This document shows positions 15,041 through 31,661 of a DNA stretch of 64,000 bases, piece by piece; position 1 is the first letter of the stretch, and each line of letters starts with the position of its first letter. The position numbers and the translations under genes were made by a program. Below the pieces are notes generated by a model that was given only the letters and a program-made list of their open reading frames with translations, searched no databases and was not told the DNA's origin. Origin of the DNA: the human T2T-CHM13v2.0 reference genome, Homo sapiens; the NCBI RefSeq assembly GCF_009914755.1, contig NC_060932.1. The stretch is one strand, 5' to 3'.

Positions 15041-15764
15041 TTTTGGCTGGGGTGGGGGTGGAGGGCATATAAATTTTTGTCAACTTTCCAGCGACACTGT
15101 ATTTCCAACAAGGTTTAAGTAGGACATCAGTGACTGGTCAAGCCCTTTGAAGGCTGTCTCTATGCCAAGTAAGAAGATTCTTTTTATGTGGAATGCAGTA
15201 TCAAATCAGCAAAGCAGCAGACTTATCAAGGAAAAACTATACAAAGAAGTTCGGGTAGAGGAAAAGGTTAATTTGAAATCTTTCTGAACTTACATTATAA
15301 TTACTGAAGGTCTTTAATATTATAATAGCTGGCAATAATTCTGATAGTGGCTTTTCAATGGAATTTAAAAAATTCTACATTCTACTTCCACTGGAAAATG
15401 TCATGTCAACGAGTTTAATTGTAAACTAAGGATAAGCTCAAAAGGGTGATAACAGAGAAAAAAGTAATCAGGCCACTATTGAGAAGAAGTACAATGAAAG
15501 TCGTCAATAGTATATCAACTCACACACTATTCTACTTCCCCACCCTTACCATCATTCTTCCCTGGCACTTTAATTAAAAGAGAAAGGTTGAAGGAAAGAG
15601 CATATATGTGGAACTCTATTCTGTTGCTAGACTCTATGCCCCTCATTGATTTGAGAACTTCTTTAACTGCAGTTTAAAAAATTAGACACAATCTCTTTTA
15701 AAACCATGAAAAAGAAATGAATGCCCCTAAGTATAACTTACATTCCACACTGAACTACAGGTTT

Positions 15765-17300
15765 TACCCAACACTGTCAGGCAAGAAAAAATGTGTAAGA
15801 ATTTGGAAAGAAAAAAAACTGCCATTATTCACAGATGATTTGTTGTCAACAAAGAAAATCCAAATCTACAGACAAATCATTTGAAAAAGTGTGTTTAGCA
15901 AAATTGTGTTATATAAGGTGATAATTTAAAAATCATTTTTATACATCGGCAATTAATAAGCCATGTTTTGAAATTATTTAAAATTGTTTGAAACTTACAA
16001 ATACAAGATAAAAATAAATGTCACAAAAGATGGACAAATTATAAAGTTTTCTGAGTCATTAAGGAAGATCTCAATAAATGGAGAGACGTACAATACATTT
16101 TGAGAATACTACTCAATAATGTGTAGATTTCAGTTTTCCCCAAATTGACCTAAAGATTGAATGCAATCAAAATCAAAAGTCCGTGTAAATTAGTCCAGCT
16201 ACAGTAGAGAACATTTTGGAGATTTCTCAAAGAACTGACAGTTGAACTACCATTCAACCCAGCAATCCCATTATGGGATACATACCCAAAGGAAAATAAA
16301 TTATTCTACCAAAAAGGCCCATGCGCCTGTATGTTCATTGCAGCACTATTCACAATAGCAAAGACATGAAATCAACCCAAATGACCATTAACAGTGGATT
16401 GGACAAAGAAAATATGGTATATATACACCATGGAATACTATGCAGCCATAAAAAAGAACAAAAATCATGTCCTGTGCAGCAACATGGATGCAGCTGGAGG
16501 CTGTTATCCTAAGTGAACTAATGCAGAAACAAAATCAAATACTTTATGTTCTCACTTATAAGTGGGAGCCAAACACTGGGCACACATGGACATAAAGATG
16601 GGAGCAAAAGACACTGGGGACTACTAGAAGGGATAGAGCAGGAGGAATCAAGGGCTAAAAATCTACCTATTGGGTTCTCGGCTCACCCAATGTGGGTGAT
16701 GGATTCCTTCATACCCCAGACCTCAGCACCACACAGTATACCTTTTTAACAAATCTGCACACGTACCCTCAAATTCTAAAATAAAACTTGGGGGAAAAAA
16801 ATAAAAATTCCAACATAGTTTTTCAAGGAATTGATAAACTAATTTTAAAAGTAATAGGGAGTATCAAATGCCCCCAAATAGCCAAGATACTTTGGAAGCA
16901 AAAGAATGCAACGAAGGGGCAGTGGTTGCCCTACCAAATATAAAATCTTATCATAAACCTATACTGCTTAAAGATAGTATACCTAGGTCCAGGGATGGAC
17001 AAACTGAATAATGGAAGGAACTCAAGCATACATAAGGTCTTATACTTGACAAAGGATGTTATAGAGTAGTAGTGAAAGGAGAACTAATCACTACATGCCG
17101 TTCAGTGATTATCCATGTAGAAAAGAATATAATTATCTCCCTTGTCTCTCATCATACATAAAAACCCAACTCCATGTGAATTAAAGACAAATGTGAAAGA
17201 GCAAACTTGATTAAGAAAATACATGAGAAGATTTTTTACTTTGAGGTAAGAAAAGATTTCTTAGACACAAAAACAATCCATAAAAGATTGATAAATTTTT
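15765..17300 (+). mobile_element. Old L1M ORF2 fragment with a younger L1 3' end (~16180-16805) nested inside
   Basis: ttcacagatgat...caatcaaaatc resumes at aaattcc...aattgataaactaattttaaaa; inner element has cccagcaatcccatta, ttctcacttataagtgggagc and an A tail. Confidence 0.75.
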
Positions 17301-17778
17301 CTATAGTAAGAATATGGACAGATCTTAAAAACAATGTTGAAGAAAGGAGCAGTCACAGAATATTATATATGTATGATTCTATCTTCATATTGCTCAAAAC
17401 AACTAATACATGGATAAGGAATATATACATATGCACTGTTTTTTTTTAAGCATGGAAGGGCTAAAGATGAAATTTAAGACAGTGATTCCCTCTGAGAATA
17501 ATGAGAAAGGCATGAGAAGAAACTTGGTAATTTCAGTGTGAGTGAGTTGATAGTGGGTTTGATACTGTTGTTTCATTATGGTGCTTCATGGTTTAGCTGT
17601 ACTTTACTTATATGCTTTTGGATGTGTCAGATACTATACAAAAATTTTAAGAAAATAAGTATTGGCACAGTCTGCCAACTCTTCCACCCCAGTCACGGTG
17701 TTGCCTACCTGCTCATAGTGCTCACGGTGATGCTGCCAACCAGTCAAGAGTAGCTGTTGCCAGGACTTAAAGCCTGTG

Positions 17779-18102
<324 letters not shown>

Positions 18103-19661
18103 TCACCGATCCTGTAATCAGCCATTTTTTGGTGGATTGTGTGCATATCCATACTGATACAAACCATTCTGCACCCCAGTATGTTTAAGGAATTTGCCTT
18201 AGCACCTGAGTCAATCCTATAGGCATTCATTACTCTTGCCCCAGACCTGCCATTAGTTACCACTCACATCCTCTCACACCCAACCCCAAGGTTCACAGGG
18301 AAAAGAGAAAGCCACATGTAGATATAGAACATCCAGCCTCTTCACCTGTAGCCAGAGAACACATACTCTTCTTAATGTCTTCTTAGGTGTCTTTGAATTG
18401 AGCCTTTGTTACTAACCCAGTGCTGGCTCTTCTGAGGAAAATGAACGGGCTTTTTCTAAGCACAAAAATGATTATAACTTTCTCTGTAAACAGAAATAGG
18501 AAAATTACATCCTATTCCAAATAGCTGCAAACTCTAGTTTCAAACTGTTAGATCAACCAACTCTAGCAGCCCTTACCTGAGGCGATGATTTAAGAAATCC
18601 TGTTGGTGATAACAGTTTGCTCCTGTCACACAATAAAGAATCACCAGAGAGAACAAGTATGTGGGCAGAAGTGGAAACTGATGAAAGAAATGGAAGGGAA
18701 GATTCTTTGCTTAATATCTTAAAATCCATGAAGACAGAGACCTTGCTTTGTCTTTTTTGTTCAACATGGTATCTCCAATACCTAGCCAACCATCTGTATT
18801 GTTGAATGTATTCTCAATACGTTTTTCACACCTTTATTGAGGGATAATTGACATATAATCAAGTATACTTTAAAATGTACAATTTGCTGTTTGACACATG
18901 TAACACTGTCACTACAATCAAGATAATAAACATACCTATCGTCCCCAAAAGTTTCCCGATGCCCTTTTGTAATCCCTCCCTCTCACCTTTCCCCCACCTA
19001 ACCCCATCTCCAGACAAGCCCTGACTTACTGTCACCACAGATTAGTTTGCATTTGCTAGAAATTTATCTAAATGTAACCATGCAGTATACATGTTTTTTG
19101 GTCTTGCTTTCTTCACTCAGCATTATATTTTGACATTCACTCATGTTGTAGCAAGTACTGATACTTCATTGCCTTGTATTGCTGAATAATATTCCATAGC
19201 ATGGATATACTCATTTGTTTATTCATTAATCTCTTGATGCATATTTAGGTTGTTTCTGGTTTGGGGCTAGTACAAGTAAAGCTGTTATTGAAAAATTTTG
19301 TACACTTTTTTGAATAGACATGCTTTCATTTCCCATGAGTAAATACCTAGGATTGGAATGGCTTTATCATATGCTAAGTGTGTGTATTTAACTTTAAAAG
19401 AAACTGCCTAATCTGTTTCCAAAGTACCATTTTACATTATTCCACCTTTACACTTGGAAAATCCCAGTGCTCCACATCCCTGCCAGTGCTTTGTATTATC
19501 AGTCTTTGCAATTTTTAGACATTCTAGTACATATGTAGTGGTATCCCATTATGGTTTTGACTTGTGTTTCGCTAATAACTAATGATATTGAGCATCTTTT
19601 CATGTGCTTATTTACCAACTATATATTGTCTTTGAAGTATTCAAACATTTTGCGCATTTAA

Positions 19662-19980
<319 letters not shown>

Positions 19981-20362
19981 TTGTTTTCTTATTATTTGGT
20001 ACCCATATATCTTTTTGGTGAAGTGTCCAAATATTTTGTCCATTTTAAAAACATGGTTGTCAGGTTTCTTATTTTTGAGTTGTGAGTTTTATATGTATTA
20101 TAGATACAAGTTCTTTATCTGATAAAGTGTTTTGCAGACATTTTCTCTCTGAGGCTTGTTTTTTCATTTTCTTTTTGGTGCCTGTTGAAGAGCTTAAGCT
20201 CTTGATTTTGATGAAGTCCAACGTATTAATTTTTTCCTCTTAAGCATCATGCTTTTAGCATTATATCTAAGAAAATTTTCCTTAACCCAGGGTCACAAAG
20301 ATGTTCCCATGTTCTTCTAGAGGCTTTATAGTTCACTGATCAATTAAAAAAAGTTTTTAATT

Positions 20363-21000
20363 TTTGTAGCAGGGTCTTGCTGTGTCCCCCAGGCTGGAGT
20401 GCAGTGGCACGATCATGGCTCACTGAAGTCTCAACCCCTGTATTAGTCCATTTTTACACTGCTGATAAAGACATACCCAAGACTGGGAAGAAAAAGAGGT
20501 TTAATTGGACTTACAGTTCCACATGGCCCGGGAGGCCTCAGAATCATGGCAGAAGGCAAAAGGCACTTCTTACGTAGTGGCATCAAGAGAAAATGTGGAA
20601 GATGCAAAAGCGGAAACCCCTGATAAAATCATCAGATCTCATGAGACTTATTCAGTACCACGAGAACAGTATGGGGGAAACCACCCCCATGATTGCAATT
20701 ATGTCCTACTGGATCCCTCCCACAACATGTGGGAATTATGAGAGTACAATTCAAGATGAGATTTGGGTAGGGACACAGAGCAAAACCGTATCAACCTCCC
20801 TGGACTCAAGTGATCCTCCCACCTCAGCTTCCCAAGTAGTTGGGACCATAAGCATGCACCACCATGCCTGGCTAATTTTTTGTAGAGACAGGGTCTTGCC
20901 ATGTTGCCCAGGCAGGTCTTGAACTCCTGGGCTCAAGCAAGCTGCCTGCCTTGGCTTCCCAAAGTGCTGGGATTACAAGTGTGGGCCACAGTGCCCAGCC
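20363..21000 (-). mobile_element. AluJ-like split by a THE1 LTR
   Basis: Alu sequence stops at 20438 and resumes at 20794. Confidence 0.85.
20439..20793 (-). mobile_element. THE1-type MaLR solo LTR
   Basis: TG...CA termini (tgtattagtcc...ccgtatca), 355 bp, near-match 5-bp TSD acccc/acctc. Confidence 0.9.
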
Positions 21001-21556
21001 TGATCAATTATGAATTAGTTTTTGTATATGTGTGAGGTTTTCATTAATGTTCATGTATTTGCATTTGAACATCCAGTTGCCCCAGCATCACAGTTGAAAA
21101 TGCTTATCCTTTCTCTACTGAATTCCATTTGCACCTTTGTTGAAAATCAATTGACTGTATTATGTGTGCAGATCTAATTTTGGACTCTTTTCAATTCTGC
21201 TGATATATTTGTCTGTCTTTATACCATTAGCACACTGTTTTCCTCACTATAACTTTATTATAATAAATCAGGTAGTATAAGTCCTCCAACTTTTCAACTT
21301 CCAAGATTTCTTCAACTATTCTAGGTCCTTTGCATTTCTATATGAACCTGAGAATCAACAATTTCTACTAGAAAATCTGCTGGAATTTTGTTTGGGATTG
21401 GTTTGAATCTATAGGTCAATTTGAGAATTTTCATCTTAACAACATCAAGTCTTCCATGAACATGATAGCTCTAAGTTTTGTCTAATTCCTCTCAGCTATG
21501 TTTTACAGTATTCAGTGTGTAGGATTTACTGATAATTTGCAGATTTATCCTATACA

Positions 21557-22030
21557 GATTGCTACTGCTGCCATAAAAAATCACCACAGGCTTAGTGGTT
21601 TAAAACAACAAATGTATTATCTTACAGTTCTCTATAGATTAGAATTACAGCATAGATCACATGGGCTGACATCAAGGTGTCAGCAGGTCTGCCTTCCTTT
21701 CTAGGGCCCCAAGGAGACAACCCATTTCCTTGCACATTCCAGCTTCTGGAGGCCACACACATTCCTGGGATCACGGCTTCCTTTTTCCATCTTCAAAGTC
21801 AGCAGAATTGCATCTCACTGCAACCCTTCTTCAGTAGTCACACCTCTGACAGAGCAGAAAAAAATTATCTGCTATCCATGTGATTAGATTAGGTCCACTT
21901 GGATAAATCTCCTTCACTGCAGGTCCTTAATCACATCTGCAAAGTTCCATTTGCCACGTAGGGTAACATATGCTCAAGTTCTGGGGATTAGGACATGGGC
22001 GTATTTGGGGGTCATTATTCTGCCTCTTGC
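21557..22030 (-). mobile_element. MLT1-type MaLR LTR
   Basis: ctgctgccataa...cttagtggtttaaaacaaca...ccttaatcacatctgcaaag...ctggggattaggacatgg. Confidence 0.8.
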
Positions 22031-24603
22031 AAACTCACAGAGTTTCCTGCATCACTGATGGTATTGTTTTGAAATTCAATTTCTGGTTATTCATTGCTAG
22101 AAGATAGAAATATAATTGATTTTATACAGAGATCTTGCATCGTGCAACCTTGTTAAACTCACTTATTGATTCTAGTAATTTTTAAAATTTTTTGTAGATT
22201 CCAAAGGTTTCCTACATAGACAATCATGTCATCTTCAAAAAAAAAAAAAACAATTTTACATCTTCCTTTTCAATCTGGATGCCTTTTACTTCTTTATCTT
22301 GCCTGGTTGCACTGGCTGAAACAACCAGTACAATGTTGATAGAAGTAGTAAGAGTGGGCAACAATCCCTTGTTCTCAATCTTAGGAGAAATGTATTTTAC
22401 CATTAAGTATGATATTAGCTGTATGGCTTTCATATTTGCCCCTTATCAGGTTTGAGTATTTTCCATATCTACCATGTTTCTATAACTTAATCTTTCCTCT
22501 ACCTTCTTGAGCACTGGAGTACAATTAGAGTAACTGTTATAACATCTTTGTCTGCTAATTCTATCATCTGTGTTATTTCTGGCTGATTTTCATTAATTCA
22601 TTTTTTCCCTCATTAGGAACCATCTTTGTCTGCTGCTTTGTATGCCTGGCAACTTTTCATTGGATGTCAGATATTGTATATTTTACATTATTGGGTGTGG
22701 ATATTTTTGTATTCCTATAGCTATTCTCCACACTCAGCCCTTGCCCTGTAATCTTTAGCTGCCTCTGCTACTTACACCCAGCTCTATCACACTTCAGAGA
22801 TACCCCAGGCTCTACCGTTGCTCCCTCTTTCTGCTCCATGGCATGCAAACTCTCCATGGCATGGCAGTAGGCTGGGGCAAGCAGGGCTCTCCTTGTTTCC
22901 CACCTTTCAGATATCTCATATCCAATGTCTTAAAAATCTTCATTTCATATATTTTGTCTGTTTTTTCTGTGGTATCAGGTAGAAGGTGAATCTGACTCCT
23001 GTTATTTCATCCTGCCTAGAAGCATACGTTGTAATGACATTTTCCTGCCTATATATTTTGTTGAATGAATAAATGGGAGTTGCAGAGTTCGTTTCTTTAC
23101 TGAGTTGCAGGTGGTTAGAAAGGATAGGAAGAAGGGTGCTGGCCCATTTGTACTTATAAGATTGCAATCATGTTAAAAGCAGTCCCCTGGATACGTGGTT
23201 AGGATGGCATTCAAAGACCACTACATGGAGAACTGTTCGCAGAACCTCATCTTGCCCTTATGAATAAGACCACTGGGTCGCTTCAGCCTGGTTCTGTCTC
23301 TAACCAGTAACGTTGAGGACAGAGTAGCATCTTTTTTCTCTTCCTCTGCTACAATGAGTTGTTGTCCCCAGAGGCTTCTGGAATTCAGTGACTCAGCAAC
23401 CAAGAGGGTAGTGTGAATGTTAAGTAAATTTATTTTTCCAACATGATTTGATTTACAAAATGGCAATTATAGATCCCTGGACCCATCTGTTGACCTCTCT
23501 AACCTTGCGTTGCTGCAAGCACTTGACAACTTGTAGTTCTCCAAACTGGTCATACTGTTTCATGCTTCCATGCTTCATATACACTCTTTTTCTCTGTCAG
23601 TGAAACCACTTATTTCCTTCTTTATCCATGGAACTCCTGCTCATTCTTCAAGGCCTTGTTCTTCTCCAGCCCTCCCTTTTGGGCTGCAGTTTCTCATTTC
23701 TGTGTTTACCCTGTGCCAACTCCCATCATGGCCAATCCCACTGAGTGATTTACTCTCCTAACTACCATCTTGGGCTGTATGATCCTTCAGGGAAGGGGCT
23801 GTTTCTTAGCCAGCCCAGTACAGTGCCTGCCGTGGTTTTCACTCAGTGGTGAGCTGGTTGAATTCTACATGAAGTATGTGGGTTACAGGCTATTGATTTG
23901 ATCTTGGTCAAAAATAGTGGCTTGGAACACAGGGCAACTGCTAAGAGTCTTTTGTATTTAACATGGGAGTCACAATCACATTCTTTTTTGCTACCCTTTC
24001 AGATCAGATTTCCCAGGTTAGAGGGTTCTCTGTTCTGATGTGCCTTCTCCTTTCACTTGCCCTGACACAGGCACCTGTGCATCAGTAGTCACAATGGACC
24101 CTTTGTCAGATTAGGGTTGGAGCCCTGTCGGCCCCATCTCCCCAGGAATGTCTTTTGCAGGGTGCCCTAGGAATCTGTGAAAATGAACGCGGTGATGGGA
24201 ATAGAGTAATCCTCTCACTCTTCCAAGTGTGTTCACTGATGTCATAGATTCATTAGCTATGGTAATTACTGTTTCTGAGTGTCTGGGGAAAAACGCATTC
24301 TCCCCACTGCTGGGAGTGTGCAGTGATTCAGACATTTTGGAAAGCACTTCAGTAGTATCTTACAAAATAAATGTGCACCTACCACATCTATTCTTTATTG
24401 TGTATCTGTTATCTATTATATAAACTGTTAGATATGTAAACATATGATGTTCACTGCAGCATTACTTATAACTACAAAGCTCTGAAAACAAACTAAATGT
24501 CCATCGATATACTTTGGAATCCTTCAAAGCACTTAAAAAAGATGAGAAAAATTATAAACAGTCACATGCAAAGAGCTCCATACTGTTGAATGAAAAACAA
24601 AAG

Positions 24604-25214
24604 CTACGTGTAGTGGCACATGCCTGTAATCCCAACACTTTGGGAAGCTGAGGTGGGAGGATCACTTGACCCTAGGAGTTCGAGACCCGCCTGGGCAAAA
24701 TGATGAGACCTTGTCTCTACAAAAAAATAAAAAGAAGCAGCGCATGGTGGTGCATTCCTGTAGCCCCAGCAACTCAGAAGGCTGAGGTGAGAGGACTGCT
24801 TGCCCCCAGGATGTTGAGGCTGCAGTGAGCCATGATTGTGCCACTGCATTCCAGCCTGGGTGACAGAGTGAGACCCTTTCTCAAAACAAACAGCCCGGGT
24901 GCAGTGGCTTACGCCTGTAATCTTAGCGCTTTGGGAGGCTGAGGTGGATGGATCACCTGAGGTCAGGAATTCAAGACCAGGCTGGCCAACATGGTGAAAC
25001 CCCATCTCTACTAAAAATACAAAAATTAGTTGGGCGTGGCGGCAGGTGCCTGTAATCTCAGTTACTTGGGAGGCTGAGGCAAGAGAATCGCTTGAACTGG
25101 GGAGGCGGAGGTTGCAATGAGCCCAGATCGTGCCACTGCACTCCAGCCTAGGTGACAGAGTGAGACTCCAGCGTAGGTGACAAAGTGAGACTCCATCTCA
25201 AACACAAACAAACA
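24604..25214 (+). mobile_element. Tandem AluJ-like (24604-24891) and AluS-like (24892-25214)
   Basis: second Alu starts in the tail of the first; ~25-bp duplication near its 3' end. Confidence 0.9.
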
Positions 25215-25647
25215 TGAACGCAGAGCCAAACAGAGAATATGGGTAAGAGGTTACCTCTGGGGAGGGGAGTGGAATTTCGAAGAGTGAAGTAAAGGGGAGA
25301 CTTCTGTTTGTTAAATGTTTTATCAAAAAAGATAAATATATTATTTGCATATTTTAAAGAAAATTTTAAGATAACCTAGCTCAGTGGTTTTTAAATGATT
25401 GTACCTGATGAGACAGATAAAGTGTCAGGTAGCTCAGAGATAAGATGAGCTGATAAAAACAGATCTAATGGAAGCTTAAGGTGCTATCTCTGCAAACAAG
25501 TCTAAGTGAAATCCTTTATTTTGCCGTACATGGTTCACATAACTTTACTAGTCAAAATTTAAAATTACTATTAAATAAAGTTTGTAGCAATATCTAAAGC
25601 AAAGCATGAAAAGATAAGAAAATATTTCTTCTAAATAAATTTGTCAT

Positions 25648-27068
25648 AGGCACATAGACCAAAGGAATAGAATAGAGAACCCAGAAATAAACTCAAATAC
25701 TTACAGCCAACTGATCTTCAACAAAGCAAACAAAAACACAGTGGGGAAAGGACACCCTTTTCAACAAATGGTGCTGGGATAATTGGCTAGCCACATGTAT
25801 GAGAATGAAACTGGATCCTCATCTCTCACCTGATAGAAAAATCAACTCAAGTTGGATTAACGACTTAAACCTAAAACCTGAAACTATAAAAATTCTAGAA
25901 GACAACATTGGAAAAACCCTTCTCGACACTGGCTTAGGCCAGGATTTCATGATCAAAAACCCAAAAACAATTGCAATAAAAACAAAGATAAATAGCTGGG
26001 ACCTAATTAAACTAAAGAGCTTTTGCACAGCAAAAGGAACAGTCAGCAGAGTAAACAGACAACACACAGAGTGGGAGAAAATCTTCACAATCTATACATC
26101 TGACAGTGGACTAATATCCAGAATCTCCAACCAACCCAAACAAATCAGTAAGAAAAGAACAATCCTGTCAAAAAGTGGGCTAAGGACATGAATAGACAAT
26201 TCTCAAAAGAAGATATACACACGGCCAACAAACATATGAAAAAATACTCAACATCACTAAAGATTAGGGAAATGCAAATCAAAACCACAATGCGATACCA
26301 CCTTACTCCTGCAAGAATGGTCATAATCAAAGAATCAAAAATGGTAGATGTTGGCATGGATGCAGTGAGCAGAAAACACTTCTACACTACTGGTGGGAAT
26401 GTAAACTAGTACAGCCACTATGGAAAACAGTGTGGAGATTCCTTAAAGAGCTAAAAGTAGAACCACCATTTGATCCAGCAATCCCACTACTGGGTATCTA
26501 CTCAGAGGAAAAGAAGTCATATTCGAAATAGATACTTGCACACACGTTTATAGCAGCACATTTCACAATCGCAAAATCGTGGAACCAACCCACATGCCCA
26601 TCAATCAACAATTGGATAAAGAAACTGTGGTATGTGTGTGTGTGTGTATGTGTGTGTGTATATATATATACACACACACATACACACACACACACATATG
26701 ATGGAATACTACTCAGCCATAAAAATGAATGAGTTAACAGCATTTGCAGTGACCTGGATGAGATTGGAGACTATTATTCTAAGTGAAGTAACTCAGGAAT
26801 GGAAAACCAAACATCATATGTTCTCGCTGATATGTGATAGCTAAGCTATGAGGATGCAAAGGCATAAGAATGATACAATGGACTTTGGGGACTTGGGGGG
26901 AAGAGTGGGAGGGGGGCGAGGGATAAGAGACAACAAATACAGTGCAGTATATACTGCTCGGGTGATGGGTGCACCAATATCTCTCAATTCACCACTAAAA
27001 ACTTATGTAACCAAATACCACCTGTACCGCAATAATTTATGGAAAAACAAAATTAAAATTAAAAAAAC
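25648..27068 (+). mobile_element. L1PB-type 3' end (ORF2 C-terminus and 3' UTR)
   Basis: ORFs 25799..26191 and 26188..26409 are L1 ORF2 ([26 protein letters not shown]); 3' UTR gctatgaggatgcaaaggcataagaatgatacaatgg. Confidence 0.92.
26631..26698. repeat. Perfect 68-bp palindromic compound microsatellite
   Basis: TA(TG)7TA(TG)5(TA)6(CA)5TA(CA)7TA is its own reverse complement. Confidence 0.92.
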
Positions 27069-27123
27069 CTTACACTTGTATTATCACTATTTTGGCACAT
27101 CTACAGATATTTTAAAATTTTAA

Positions 27124-27503
<380 letters not shown>

Positions 27504-28737
27504 GCTCTTGTATATTTTTAATGCTAGATTTGTCACTGTTCTTACGTAGCTAAGTTGAAAAAAGAAATGCAAGTTAACTAAGCACCTGTACTCAGCCCTT
27601 GAAATCTTGGATCCAGAAGAACAGTCTATCAATTATATGATTAAAAAAAATAAGAACTATAATAACTTTTCCTAAACAACCACTTAAGATTTTTAAAAAT
27701 CCATCATATTAGCTTTTAGCATATTGAGAACTTAAGGAGATGATAGGGAAATATTTTTAATATTATTAGATTATTTTGGCTATAGCAGATTTTCCACATG
27801 GAGAATGATTTGAAAAATATTAATTTTTATCTGGTCTATAAGACAGTAGTATTATTCAATACATATTAATATGATCGCTATAGATTTCTATATTCTTTTG
27901 GTTAAAAAACCCAGTCAAACAACAAAGGGCTGTCAACTTTTCACAGTCCCTTGTCTTTGACAGCCCTAAAAATTTTGCAGATATCAAAGATCTTTCATAG
28001 TGCCTTACTTCCTTCACATTTTAAATATAGGAAAACTGAGTGCCAGAGACAACACCAGAACAAGTCTCAAGTTCATCTTCCCCTGTATACACCATTGCTC
28101 ATTGGCAATGAATGTAATAACTTAAAAACTACTGCATATGTGTCTTTGACAGAGACATATACACACACACACATGAATATGTGTGTGTGTATATGTGTGT
28201 GTGTGTATATGTCTATATATTATGAAGTCAGTACCCTTGAAAGCAAACAAGTGAAAACTTTACACATTGTTCCCACCCAGCAACTGTAACAATCAGAAAC
28301 AAAAATGTAATGAAACTCAACTACTGAAACTTGATTTTCTATAGTAAGACAGTAAACTTAATTCTTTAATAACAGAGCCAATCACTGGGTGTTTGCTTTA
28401 CCAAGGAATACTTTTTCTCAGTAACTAAGATGAAAAGTCTTACTTATTCCATTTGGTAATATGTATGGTCCATTGTACCGAGCAGGTGAAAAGCAAGAAC
28501 TGGTGTATGCATCAAGTAATTTCCCCTTGGTTATGGCTCCTTGGCATAAGGCGATTTCACTCACCCACACACAGCCTTGGACATGCATAGCCTTGCAGTT
28601 GACTTCTTAGAACTGCTACTTCTTATAATATTTTGAAATAATGCTATCAACCCTGCCTCATTATTTCATATCCACAACATGGGAAGAGCAGAATTTGTGT
28701 AGGCCACTAGACTATCATAGAGCATAATGTAAATGTC

Positions 28738-29077
<340 letters not shown>

Positions 29078-29765
29078 TGAACTCAGGTACTATGGTTTCA
29101 AATTTAAACATATTTACTGTAAATCTGTGTGTGTGTGTACAAATTATATATATATGTGTATATATAAATTGTATATATGTATGAAACTCCATCTCTACTA
29201 AAATATACATCATATTTTGTATATGTTATACATGTAGAAACTGTCATTTGCAGCTCACAGGCCACTTTGGAGGCATCTTGGCTACCTGCCCGTGACTGCC
29301 CAAACTGCATGTGCTTTCTGCCAAGTAGAGCATCATTTTGAAATACTTGATATGAAAGTTTTGACTAGATTTCACCCATGCATGTGTATGACTAACAAAG
29401 ACTACAATGGTTCTGACGAGTCCAACCACACCTGGGTGTCGGCTGCTACTGGATTCCCTGCGCAACTGAGACACAATTTAAATCTAGATTTATCAAGCTA
29501 GAGGAATCCTTAGAGAAAATTGGATCTAAACCCTCATTTTACAAAGGCAGATATGGGGATGCAAGGAGTTAAGTCATGTGTCGCTGGTCACCCAGGCTGG
29601 TGATGAAGCAATGGAAACAATGTGAGATTTGTTACCTTTTGGCCTGTTTGTATGTCCCAGTACATACTGAAAAGGATAGTGTTTGTAAACGAGAGGGGAT
29701 ATATGGACTTGGTGAAAAATTCATTACATTTTCTTTATATTAATTATGAAATGTCTAAGTAATGA

Positions 29766-30119
<354 letters not shown>

Positions 30120-30385
30120 ATTTTCTTAACGTGTTTTTATAACCTATTTTCTATTTGAAATTGTTATACACAATTCTTGGCCGAGACTTTATGATCTCCT
30201 CAAATTTTTGAAAAATCATTAAGGATCAATTTGTATGCCTAATTGAGTGATAAATTTAAAGCAGTGTTGTACAAGCATTCAAGAATTTACAGAAATTGGA
30301 ATTATATTTGAAAACTAATTTTTTTTTAACTTTCATTGATACATGTACTACTAAATTATCTTGGGAAGAGTTTTGAATTCAATCA

Positions 30386-30748
<363 letters not shown>

Positions 30749-31332
30749 CTATTTTGCAGAAAGCACTTGAATTGTTAACAACAGTCATAGGCAGCCAGCT
30801 GAGATGCCTCCAAATTGGCCTGTCAGCTACAAATGGACACAGTAATCAGATACATGTGAAGTGAATGTTTGGGATGCTGCCTGGAGCTGAATCCACCAGG
30901 AGACCGCAGTGCCTATGCGCCTCCCTCCCACCTCTGCAGCAGGGCTGTGTGCGGCATTCTGCGCACCTGGAACATAAACTCCAGTTGTGCCACAGGCCGC
31001 TTGTCTGTGAGATCTGCAGGCCAGCTGCTATTGCTCAACCTTGCAATGGGAGCAACAAGTTCCAGGTGTTATTGCTGCCACTGACGACCGGGACGACCAA
31101 GCCAAGTTTGGGTCTTGGTGAAAAACAATTGGGGGGGCCCCCAGTGAGGGCTGAATGGTTAAGTTTCCTTATGAGGATTTTGTATTTGACAGAGGCAAAA
31201 CCTAGTTGGCCCAGGTCTCTTCTGGTCCACAGGGCCAGTGATTTTTACTAACTTTCTCCATACCTTGCATGCCCCACACCTCCCTTCCCAGCCTGTGAGA
31301 ACACAGAGGGATGCAGTCTATCCCACTCTGTC

Positions 31333-31661
31333 TGTATTAGTCCGTTTTCGCACTGCTAAGTTATAAAGTAAAGAGGTTTAATCGACTCACAGTTCCGCAT
31401 GGCTGGGGAGGCCTCAGGAAACTGACAATCGTGGCAGAAGGCAAGAGGGCGGCAGACGACGCCTTCACAAGGCAGGAGAGAAGCAAGTCGGAGAACCAGG
31501 AAGCACCACACTTTAAAACCATCAGCTCTCGTGAGAGCTCACTAGCTATCACGAGAACAGCATGGGGGAAACCACCCCCATGCTCCAATCAACTCCACCT
31601 GGTCCCTCCCTTGACAAATCGAGATGAGATTTGGGTGAGGACACAGGCCCAAACCGTATCA
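31333..31661 (-). mobile_element. MST/THE1-type MaLR solo LTR
   Basis: TG...CA termini, perfect 5-bp TSD ctgtc (31328-31332 / 31662-31666). Confidence 0.9.

Noticed and set aside
25799-26409. L1 ORF2-like reading frames
   Set aside because: Frameshifted, 5'-truncated old L1; not an active element or gene
28155-28220. (CA)n...(TG)n hairpin-like tract
   Set aside because: Short, imperfect and of a common microsatellite type, unlike the exact palindrome at 26631
30891-30906. CTCF-like ccaccaggagaccgc
   Set aside because: Mismatches in the essential GGGGGCGC half
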